A DNA stretch of 64,000 bases from an uncultured Anaeromicropila sp. (GTDB taxonomy: Bacteria > Bacillota > Clostridia > Lachnospirales > Lachnospiraceae). The notes beneath the pieces are model-generated. The model searched no databases and was not told where the DNA came from. It was given only the letters and a program-made list of their open reading frames with translations. Where the stretch lies: assembly GCA_964409685.1 (NCBI GenBank), contig CAYPEJ010000014.1:16444-80443 (forward strand). The letters are read 5' to 3'. The translations under genes were made by a program, and so were the position numbers. Positions 31,653 through 40,277 of the stretch are shown piece by piece. Each line of letters opens with the position of its first letter. The stretch's first letter is position 1.

Positions 31653-32438
31653 ATGAAAACTTATGGTAAAAAAAATCTAACTAATGATAAGTCTGCAAAA
31701 AAGCCTACTTACAAAAAGCAGTGGTTTTGGATAATTATTATTCTAGCCTTATTGATTGGTATCGGAGATAGTTCTGAAACTAAGTTGGAAGACAATCAGA
31801 CTGATACGAAAGAAAATATATCACAGGAAGAAAAAGCTACGGAGAAAGTAGTCGAAAATGACTTAGATATCATTTTACGAAGTAATCATCCAAAATATTA
31901 TGGTAGTACAGAAGATGCTCATAATACGTGGGATGACGTAGGTGGTAAGAAAATAATTTTTGCAGATGGTTATGATAAATATTCTGATGATACCATTATC
32001 TCAATGGAGGGATATCGTATTCAAGAAAATAATGAGATAATCAGAAGTTATTCTTTTTATTTTCGAAACATGAAGGATTCTGGAGACATAAAATTAGATA
32101 AGGCTTTAGAAATAGCTGATACATATATTCCTTACGATATTATTGATTCTTGGTATGAATTTAATAATTCGTTCTGTCTTGAGCCAAAAGATAACCAAGA
32201 TGAGGATACTTGTTATGTAGTGGAGTATCATTTGACTGATAAGGGTAGTGAAGAATATTATGATGGAACTCATCCTTACTCAGGAACGATTGATTTAATA
32301 TTTTATATGGACACTAAAACTGAGAACATAAAAACATTATCAATTGGATTTGGAACTCCGAAATGGATGGGATTCTTAGATACGAATGGTTATGAGAAAA
32401 TAGAATGGAACTATGACTTTTTGGCGAAAGATAACTAA
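31653..32438 (+). CDS. Membrane-anchored hypothetical protein
   Basis: KKPTYKKQWFWIIIILALLIG anchor; acidic soluble domain. Confidence 0.75.
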   Translation: MKTYGKKNLTNDKSAKKPTYKKQWFWIIIILALLIGIGDSSETKLEDNQTDTKENISQEEKATEKVVENDLDIILRSNHPKYYGSTEDAHNTWDDVGGKKIIFADGYDKYSDDTIISMEGYRIQENNEIIRSYSFYFRNMKDSGDIKLDKALEIADTYIPYDIIDSWYEFNNSFCLEPKDNQDEDTCYVVEYHLTDKGSEEYYDGTHPYSGTIDLIFYMDTKTENIKTLSIGFGTPKWMGFLDTNGYEKIEWNYDFLAKDN

Positions 32439-32541
32439 TAACGAGATTTCCGTGCTTGCTTTATAGGAAACTGCTTCGCAGATTCCTATAAAGGGAATGT
32501 TTTGTGAAATAAAGCATGGCGCAACAAGAAGACGATATGAA

Positions 32542-32739
32542 TTAGAAAATGTAAAAGCCTTCTTCAAAATCGTCAGAATCATCAAATATATCTTCATTAA
32601 GAAAGTAATCCATATCCAGAAGATCATCGTTGCTCATTTGCTGGACTTCTTTGGAAGTCATGCCTTCAGGAGGATTATTGGTGTATTTTACTCGTAGTTC
32701 AGCTAACAGTTCTTGTTCCGTGATTATTTTTTTGCTCAT
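32542..32739 (-). CDS. Small acidic protein accompanying IS91-like transposase
   Basis: 65 aa, GGAGG-like RBS; partial copies at 26901-26953 and about 33440-33550. Confidence 0.7.
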   Translation of the reverse strand: MSKKIITEQELLAELRVKYTNNPPEGMTSKEVQQMSNDDLLDMDYFLNEDIFDDSDDFEEGFYIF

Positions 32740-32812
32740 TGTAAAGATGCCTCCGTTTCATTTTCATTGATAAGCCTATTGTATCTTACGGAGAAAGATA
32801 AGGAAACAAAAA

Positions 32813-33350
32813 CTATGTATGAAAACCATTTTTAATCATTACTTTTTCATACATCTCATCTAGCGGAACACGAGCATGGTTAAAGTATAACTCCAAAAAT
32901 GACATGGTTTTATGGCACTTTGGACAGACAAGCGGATCATAGCCAAAGGAAGAGAGGATGCAGTCTCTCCAACGATTAAAGGATAGAATTATTTTATGTT
33001 TTTCTTTGGATATGGCACGTCTTAGGCGAGAGTCTTGTTCACGATGTCTGGCATATAATCCGTAGTATCGAATCATTTTAAAATGCTTTTCGGGGATGTG
33101 TTGGATTAGCCGTTCGATGAACTCGAGTGCAGATATGGTCTCAATCATGAGTTTATCGTCTTCGTGTCGATTGTAATGAAAGGTAACATTAGTGCCATCA
33201 TAAGAATCAATACGTTTGGTTGAGATTACTGGTCGCCCAAGATAGCGTCCAATGTATTTAATTACATGATTAGGGTCGCATTTGTTGGGCTTTGCACGAA
33301 CATAAAAGCCATTCGGACAATGTGTGTATATGTAGGACTTTACTTTTTTA
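32813..33350 (-). pseudogene. IS91-family (Y2) transposase, C-terminal fragment
   Basis: Frame extends upstream of the ORF through KYIGRYLGRP (YxxxY); HFKMIRYYG; CPKC. Confidence 0.85.
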
Positions 33351-33569
33351 ATTTATAGGAAAATACTCCATTCAGAGCACCTCCCTATAAAGGATACACA
33401 TCTAAAAATGAGCATAACAAATAGATGAATACAGAGCAGAAGATATAAAATCCTTCCACACCAAATTCATCATCTTCGTGAAGAAAGTAATCCATATCTA
33501 GAAGGTCATCTTCACTCATGTTTTTAATATCATGAGCAGTCATTATTTTACGATAAGAACGGAAAACCA

Positions 33570-33678
33570 CAGGCAGAGATTGAGAAGAAGAATGAGAAAC
33601 CGATGTCGCAGAAAATATTCAAGGCAAATTAATATAGAAGATAGATGATGCTCTGGCTTCGGCCGGGGCATTTTTTGT
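33570..33678 (+). mobile_element. Second integrase-tail remnant plus terminator
   Basis: QAEIEKKNEKPMSQKIFKAN-stop and GATGCTCTGGC hairpin parallel 17867-17975. Confidence 0.8.
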
Positions 33679-33774
33679 AAAAAAATATTGTAAAATGTGA
33701 AAAAATAATATATACTAAATAAAATGAATTTTATTAGGGGTGTGTTATTACAATAAAATGGAGGAATTATTGCT

Positions 33775-35235
33775 ATGCTAGAACGGTTAATAGAAAGAGT
33801 ATCTCTTTTGGAGGAAAAGTCAGATTTAGAACAAAATTTAAAACACTTTGTTACTGTGTGGATGTTAAAAGAATTGGGTTATGAGGAGTTATTGTTTGAT
33901 TTTGAACATCCCTTATGTAGAGATTCAAAAAATAATAAGCACGCAGATATTTTTATTCCAGTAGAGCCTGGAAAAGCGATGTTTGTGGAAACAAAGAAAT
34001 ATTCAAAAGATTTAGATGAAGAGGATATTATTCAACTCGCAGAGTATATAACACTTTCTCATGAAATTGCATGGGGAATTTTAACTAATGGAAGACAGAT
34101 TTTTTTGCTAAATAATAGTATAGATATATATGGCAAGGAACAAAAGAATGTATTAGATAAGTTAGTTTTGCGTGTAGAATACAATCCAAGTACTGGTCGA
34201 TTTAAAAATGGAGATTATATAAAATATTTCTCAAAGGAAAATGTTTATGATACACATGTGACTAATTATTTTAAAGCTGTAGCACAATTTTTAGCAAAGC
34301 ATTCTTTATCTAAAGCTAGTGAAGAAAAATATCAAAACACACTTTGGCAATTTTTCGATTATTATATATCAAAAGGTAATAAATATATAATATATGGGGC
34401 ACGGGAATACGCACCATTGGAAGAAATAAAAGATAGAGATTTTATAGAATTTTTGAAAAATTTCAAATCTACAACGAGAAAAGCCTCGGGAAAAGTTCCT
34501 TTGGCAAAATGCTCCCACATTTTTACTATGTATGATATTATGGAGAAAAATGGTTTTATTTCTATTAATACAATGAAAGATGTTAGAAATAGAGCAAAGG
34601 TTGAAGTAGAATATGATGAAAGTAATTGGGAGGATGATCCAAAAAAGATATTAACAACAAAGAATATTGAAATTATCATGAACAAATTAAGGAATAAGCC
34701 ATATAAGATTGTTATTTTCACATTAGCTGCATACTATGGATTTAGCAGAGATAAGATCACCAAGTTTTTGGCGGAACCTTGGTCAGTTGTAAATTTTGAC
34801 AAACATATATTTATGTTAGATGCTAAAAAGTATCCTTTAGTTAGTGTAATGGAAAATAATCTCATGCTTATGAGAGAAAACTATAAAAGAAGAGGAATAA
34901 AGAAACCATCTTCAATATATGTGTTTAAAAAAAATGGAGTATATACAAGTGTTGGTACAGATACAATAAATGCTGTTTTTGATGAAATAAAGAAGTATAA
35001 TGAACAAGGCGTTAATTGGAGATTATTTAATCCACAGAACACAAGAGGTGCAGCTATATACAATATGTTATGTGCAGGATGTTCAATAGAAGAAATAGCA
35101 TATATAACTGATTCAACTCTTGTTCAATTGGAAAAATACTTACCAGATGATATTGTGGATAAAAATGGAGAAAAAGAGTGGAAAAGCAAAAACGGTGGTA
35201 GGGACAAGCATCCGTTTAAGGAAATATTTGATTAG
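33775..35235 (+). CDS. HsdR_N-like nuclease fused to a degenerate tyrosine-recombinase fold
   Basis: HADIFI..FVETKK..QLAEY..WGILTNGR; later TLAAYYGFSR and FNPQNTRGAAI..IEEIAYI..KY. Confidence 0.65.
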   Translation: MLERLIERVSLLEEKSDLEQNLKHFVTVWMLKELGYEELLFDFEHPLCRDSKNNKHADIFIPVEPGKAMFVETKKYSKDLDEEDIIQLAEYITLSHEIAWGILTNGRQIFLLNNSIDIYGKEQKNVLDKLVLRVEYNPSTGRFKNGDYIKYFSKENVYDTHVTNYFKAVAQFLAKHSLSKASEEKYQNTLWQFFDYYISKGNKYIIYGAREYAPLEEIKDRDFIEFLKNFKSTTRKASGKVPLAKCSHIFTMYDIMEKNGFISINTMKDVRNRAKVEVEYDESNWEDDPKKILTTKNIEIIMNKLRNKPYKIVIFTLAAYYGFSRDKITKFLAEPWSVVNFDKHIFMLDAKKYPLVSVMENNLMLMRENYKRRGIKKPSSIYVFKKNGVYTSVGTDTINAVFDEIKKYNEQGVNWRLFNPQNTRGAAIYNMLCAGCSIEEIAYITDSTLVQLEKYLPDDIVDKNGEKEWKSKNGGRDKHPFKEIFD

Positions 35236-35300
35236 AAATTAAATCCCCGAATCCCTCCCAAAACAGTACATTTCATGGTAAAAGAAGGAGTTTGATAACT

Positions 35301-35765
35301 ATGATAAAAATACTTTTCATCTGCCACGGCAACATCTGCCGTTCCCCAATGGCAGAATACGTAATGAAAGACCTTGTCCGCAAGCAAGGCTATGAAAAAC
35401 AATTTCTAATCGAATCTCGCGCAACCAGTCGAGAAGAGATCGGAAACCACATCCACCCAGGAACTCGTAAGAAAATGCATGAAGTTGGAATCCCTACAGA
35501 CAACCGAACAGCAACACAGATGACCAAATCCGACTACAACAAATACGATTTCCTAATCGGCATGGATAGCTGGAACCACCGCAACATCCTAAGAATCATT
35601 GGACAAGACCCTGAAAATAAAGTCCATTTGCTTCTAGAGTACGCCAACCGCACAGGAGACATCGCCGATCCATGGTACACAGGAAACTTCGATGCCACCT
35701 ACAACGATGTACTTGCAGGATGTAACGGATTACTACAATTCATCCAAGACCAAGGTCTATTATAA
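35301..35765 (+). CDS. Low-molecular-weight protein-tyrosine phosphatase
   Basis: ILFICHGNICRSPMAE, DIADPWY. Confidence 0.95.
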   Translation: MIKILFICHGNICRSPMAEYVMKDLVRKQGYEKQFLIESRATSREEIGNHIHPGTRKKMHEVGIPTDNRTATQMTKSDYNKYDFLIGMDSWNHRNILRIIGQDPENKVHLLLEYANRTGDIADPWYTGNFDATYNDVLAGCNGLLQFIQDQGLL

Positions 35766-36538
35766 ATATTAAAAAATAGACCACCAAACCAACCAAGTCT
35801 CTCACTCCACGTTCCGTAGGTTGAATCCTTATCTCGTCAATGCTATCCTCTTAAATGAAAGGACGGTGCATAACTATGAATCAATACGTTACAAGTACCA
35901 CAATCAAAACATTAAGAGAAAAGCAACACATGACTCAAAGTGATTTAGCTAACCGAATTGGAGTGAGTGACAAAACCATTTCCAAATGGGAAACTGCAAA
36001 AGGACTTCCCGACATTTCACTAATTGAACCACTAGCCAAAGCACTCAGCATCTCAGTTTACGAACTAATCTCAGGTGACTATATCAACAATCAAAATAAA
36101 TCAGCAAACATGATAAAATCTAAACTCTATGTATGTCCAATCTGCGGAAACATCATGCACTCCATGGGAGAAGTCATGCTCAGTTGCTGTGGCATTCATT
36201 TACCAATATTAGAAATGGAAGAACCAAGCGATGACCATGTTATAAACATAGAGAGAATCGAAAACGACTATTATGTATCCATCTCTCATGAGATGACAAA
36301 AGAACATTTTATTTCTTTCATTGCCTACGCAACTACAGATAAATTTGAACTAGTAAAGCTTTATCCAGAAACAAATGCAGAAGTACGTTTTCAGATAAAA
36401 GGTCATGGAGTTATCTATTACTATTGTAATAAGCATGGATTATTTGGAAAGCAAGTATAATCATAGAATGAGTTGAAATATAAATGAGTTGTAATAAATG
36501 ATATTCCAATCATTGCTTCGAATAAAATTGAAAATATA
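35367..36538 (+). repeat. 1.17-kb direct repeat, copy 2
   Basis: Near-identical to 25738-26909. Confidence 0.95.
35876..36460 (+). CDS. XRE HTH fused to desulfoferrodoxin-like domain, copy 2
   Basis: Same protein as copy 1 except R/Q at the penultimate residue. Confidence 0.88.
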   Translation: MNQYVTSTTIKTLREKQHMTQSDLANRIGVSDKTISKWETAKGLPDISLIEPLAKALSISVYELISGDYINNQNKSANMIKSKLYVCPICGNIMHSMGEVMLSCCGIHLPILEMEEPSDDHVINIERIENDYYVSISHEMTKEHFISFIAYATTDKFELVKLYPETNAEVRFQIKGHGVIYYYCNKHGLFGKQV

Positions 36539-36692
36539 GAAATGGAGACCTCTGTGGAGAAATTTACAGAGGTTTCTTGATATTTTAAACAGCCTTGTGA
36601 TTCCAGGGCTTGTTTTATACGTTCATATTATTTAAAATAAAATAGCAGATAGTAAATCAAATCAATAAAAAAGAAAATAGAGGTGCAAAGAA

Positions 36693-37250
36693 ATGAGCTT
36701 ACTAGATAAAATTTCAGCATATTGCCCTGTGAATGAACAGGAAGAACGAGACAAAGAAGTGATGATTCAGTTCATTAAAGAACATACGAATTATTTAGAT
36801 AGAGAGAATCAAATAGGCCATTTCAGCGCCTCTGTTTGGACGGTAAATAAAGAACGTACCAAAGTGCTAATGGTTTATCACAACATATATGATTCTTGGA
36901 CGTGGGCAGGTGGACATGCAGATGGAGTAGAAGATTTAAGTGAAGTAGCATTACGAGAACTAAAAGAAGAAACAGGCGTTAAGAATGCACACTTAGTCAG
37001 TGATGATATTTTTAGTCTTGAGATTCTAACTGTAGATGGTCATGTGAAAAAGGGCGTTTATGTACCAAGTCACTTACACTTGAATGTAACATACTTAGCA
37101 GAAGCTGACGAGAATCAGGAGTTAGTTGTGAAAGAAGATGAAAATCAAGGTGTAAGATGGTGTACATTTGAAGAAGCAGTTACACTTCCAACAGAGCCTT
37201 GGATGGTGAAAAATGTATATCAGAAATTAATCTCAAATTTAGAGAAATAA
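36693..37250 (+). CDS. NUDIX hydrolase
   Basis: GGHADG..ALRELKEETG. Confidence 0.92.
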   Translation: MSLLDKISAYCPVNEQEERDKEVMIQFIKEHTNYLDRENQIGHFSASVWTVNKERTKVLMVYHNIYDSWTWAGGHADGVEDLSEVALRELKEETGVKNAHLVSDDIFSLEILTVDGHVKKGVYVPSHLHLNVTYLAEADENQELVVKEDENQGVRWCTFEEAVTLPTEPWMVKNVYQKLISNLEK

Positions 37251-37271
37251 AGTACAAGAAAGGAGTAACAC

Positions 37272-37721
37272 GTGGAATTATTATTCAAGAAAATGGAATC
37301 AAACGATATAGGGAATTGTGCATATGAATTAATAAAAGCATTTAAAGAAGAACCATGGAATGAAGAATGGACTTATCAGCAGGCATATGAGCGAATTGAT
37401 GAGATTATGAGTGCAAGAGTTTCTAGAGGTTATGTCATATATGACGGAGATGTAGTGGTATCCATGCTTTGTGGGCGTATTATGACCTATATGGGATTTA
37501 AGGAGTTATGGATTGATGAATTTAGCGTAAACCCTGATTACCAAAGACAAGGCATTGGAACGAAAATGTTAGACTTTGTACGTGAAGAAATGAAAAAAGA
37601 AAAGGATAAGATATCTTGCTTAGTGTTGATTACGGAAAGAGGATATCCAAGTGTGAAGTTTTACGAAGCAAATGGATTTAGGATGGACGAGAAACCAGTA
37701 TTTATGGCAGCAAACGTGTAA
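37272..37721 (+). CDS. GNAT acetyltransferase
   Basis: VNPDYQRQGIGT, FYEANGF. Confidence 0.9.
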   Translation: MELLFKKMESNDIGNCAYELIKAFKEEPWNEEWTYQQAYERIDEIMSARVSRGYVIYDGDVVVSMLCGRIMTYMGFKELWIDEFSVNPDYQRQGIGTKMLDFVREEMKKEKDKISCLVLITERGYPSVKFYEANGFRMDEKPVFMAANV

Positions 37722-37743
37722 AAGTGAGTGGGAGGAAAAGAAT

Positions 37744-38511
37744 ATGAAACGTTTATTGGATACAAAGAAATCAGAAACTTTATTCCAAGGATGCGAAGAT
37801 ACCTTGATATGGTCATGTTTACAAAATGTAATGGGTGAGATATACGTGGATGATGTAGAACATCCAAAGTCAGCCATGGCATTGCTGGGCGATTTTGCAT
37901 TCTATGTAGGAGAGCCTAACGAAGCTCTTGTAAAATTTAAACCAGAATCTTATAAAAAGGAAGGCATTCTTATGGTTCCACAAAATGAAAAATGGGAACA
38001 AGTAATAGAATCTTGTTACAAAGAAAATGCAGAAAAGTTTAATCGCTATGCAATCAAGAAAGAACCAGATGTATTCGACACAGAAAAACTACAACAAGTA
38101 GTTGCTACATTACCAGAGGAATACGAGCTCAAATTAATGGACGAAGAACTTTATCAACGAAGTAAAGACATTCCTTGGTGCTGTGATTGGGTATCTCAAT
38201 ATCCTACCTATGAAATGTATCAAAAATTAGGATTAGGTGTAGTTATATTAAAAGACGATGAAATCGTATCAGGTGCTTCCTCTTATACAAGTTACAAAGG
38301 CGGCATTGAAATTGAGATTGACACGAAAGAAGAATATCGTAGAAAAGGTCTTGCTTATGTATGTGGTGCAAAACTTATTTTAGAGTGTCTGAAACGAAAT
38401 TTATATCCAAGTTGGGATGCACAGAATCTCTGGTCAGTGGCATTATCTGAAAAGCTCGGCTATCATTTTAGCCATTCCTACACAACCTACGAAGTGAAGA
38501 GATATATTTAA
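37744..38511 (+). CDS. GNAT acetyltransferase
   Basis: EIDTKEEYRRKGLA, PSWDAQN..S..L.EKLGY; GGAGG RBS before ATG 37744. Confidence 0.88.
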   Translation: MKRLLDTKKSETLFQGCEDTLIWSCLQNVMGEIYVDDVEHPKSAMALLGDFAFYVGEPNEALVKFKPESYKKEGILMVPQNEKWEQVIESCYKENAEKFNRYAIKKEPDVFDTEKLQQVVATLPEEYELKLMDEELYQRSKDIPWCCDWVSQYPTYEMYQKLGLGVVILKDDEIVSGASSYTSYKGGIEIEIDTKEEYRRKGLAYVCGAKLILECLKRNLYPSWDAQNLWSVALSEKLGYHFSHSYTTYEVKRYI

Positions 38512-38603
38512 AATACGCACTTATTTCAAGTTGAGTTCTTAAAGATATCATGTTATTATTAAAATAATAGCATTTTATATTACATAGATTGGAGGTGGCT
38601 CAT

Positions 38604-39035
38604 ATGCAACCGAATAGAGAGACGAAAAACTATAACACAAAGATCTGTAGCAGAATCATGTGCTTTATGTTAGCGTGTGTTCTACTCTTAACAGGATTTA
38701 ACTTAGAAGATATCCAAGGAGACGTTCGCTATTCCAGCAATCCATTTACAGCCACATCCAATCATCTACTTTCTTCAGCCGATGAAAACACATCAAAAGC
38801 TGAAGTTTGTACCCAAGAGATGCTTGGTATTCGGGAATCCGTATTTATAGGAAGTACGATAAGGCGTGTGTTAAGCAAGCGGAATACTAAGAATACTCTT
38901 AGTCTAATCTTTGCAATCTTATTATTGCAAGTATTGTCTAATACATATTTAACCGTTGCCAATGTGCATAGTTACCAAACACAGGGTCACAAGGTTATCT
39001 TAAACTATATCCACAACCAGGATGGGAAAAAATAA
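38604..39035 (+). CDS. Hypothetical membrane protein ending YIHNQDGKK
   Basis: GGAGG RBS; two hydrophobic segments. Confidence 0.65.
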   Translation: MQPNRETKNYNTKICSRIMCFMLACVLLLTGFNLEDIQGDVRYSSNPFTATSNHLLSSADENTSKAEVCTQEMLGIRESVFIGSTIRRVLSKRNTKNTLSLIFAILLLQVLSNTYLTVANVHSYQTQGHKVILNYIHNQDGKK

Positions 39036-39162
39036 CTTATATTCATATTTTCAAAATTTTAGCCTATGAACCCCATAGGTTTATTTGTGTACGTAAAATT
39101 TGCGATAAGTAATGTATTTTGAAACAAAATAGTGTATGAAATTGAATATGGAGGAATCTAAT

Positions 39163-39306
39163 ATGAATATAGGTTTAATGCTTTTAGTTATTATTGGTGG
39201 AGCTATCGGCGTTCTTTCAACTGGTTACATGGTTATTTCATTAGTATGGGTTATCATGTATAAAATCTATCGAAAAATAAGATACAATGCGTCATTGTAT
39301 GATTAA
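39163..39306 (+). CDS. 47-aa hydrophobic small protein (not in ORF track)
   Basis: GGAGG RBS; MNIGLMLLVIIGGAIGVLSTGYMVISLVWVIMYKIYRKIRYNASLYD. Confidence 0.75.
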   Translation: MNIGLMLLVIIGGAIGVLSTGYMVISLVWVIMYKIYRKIRYNASLYD

Positions 39307-39320
39307 GAAATAGAGGAAGG

Positions 39321-40253
39321 ATGAAAGAGATGCAAATGATATGGCAAATGATTTTACTAGTATTAGGATTTTTAATGTTAGTAAAAGGAGCTGACTGGTT
39401 TGTAGATGGAGCATCAGGGATTGCTAGAAAACTTGGAATTCCCCAACTAGTAGTAGGGCTTACAATTGTAGCGATGGGAACAAGTGCACCAGAAGCAGCT
39501 GTTAGTATTACAGCAGCACTAAAAGATAATGCAAGTATTGCGATTGGAAATGTAGTAGGAAGTAACATTTTAAATATCCTAATTATACTAGGAATCACAG
39601 CAGTAATTACAACTGTAGCAATTCAGAAATCAACCCTATGTATCGAGATACCGTATATGATTGCAATTACAATCGTATTAATGATAATGGGGCAGAGTGG
39701 AGAAGTTGTTTCTTTTGGAGAAGGCATTATTTTGTGGGTATTATTTATTGTGTACCTTATTTATCTGTTCTGGCTTGCTAGAAATGGAAAAGAGGAGCAG
39801 GAAGAAGAAGAGAGAAATTCCCTTGTACTAATTGCCAGTGCAATCATTGGTGGTATTATCGTTGTATTGGGAAGTAATGTTACGGTAGATAGTGCCACAG
39901 CCATTGCAAAGATGGTTGGTATGAGTGAACGTTTTATTGGATTAACGATTGTAGCGTTAGGAACTTCTCTACCTGAACTTGTCACATCTGTAAATGCAGC
40001 GAAAAAAGGAAATGCCGATATCGCTATTGGAAATATCGTGGGAAGTAACATTTTTAACATCCTATTTGTAATTGGAACTTCTGCATTGATTACACCAGTT
40101 GCATACGAACCAAACTTTATGATTGATAGTATCGTAGCTGTGGCAGCAGGTGTTTTATTATGGGTTGCAGTATTTAGAAAACGAAAACTTTGCCGTCCTT
40201 GGGGTATTGTAATGCTATTAGGGTACTTAGGATATTTCCTATACCTGCTATAA
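39321..40253 (+). CDS. Ca2+/Na+ antiporter (YrbG-like)
   Basis: Alpha repeats GTSAPE / GTSLPE with GNVVGSN / GNIVGSN. Confidence 0.92.
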   Translation: MKEMQMIWQMILLVLGFLMLVKGADWFVDGASGIARKLGIPQLVVGLTIVAMGTSAPEAAVSITAALKDNASIAIGNVVGSNILNILIILGITAVITTVAIQKSTLCIEIPYMIAITIVLMIMGQSGEVVSFGEGIILWVLFIVYLIYLFWLARNGKEEQEEEERNSLVLIASAIIGGIIVVLGSNVTVDSATAIAKMVGMSERFIGLTIVALGTSLPELVTSVNAAKKGNADIAIGNIVGSNIFNILFVIGTSALITPVAYEPNFMIDSIVAVAAGVLLWVAVFRKRKLCRPWGIVMLLGYLGYFLYLL

Positions 40254-40277
40254 AAAACAAATAGAAAAGGAGAGCAT

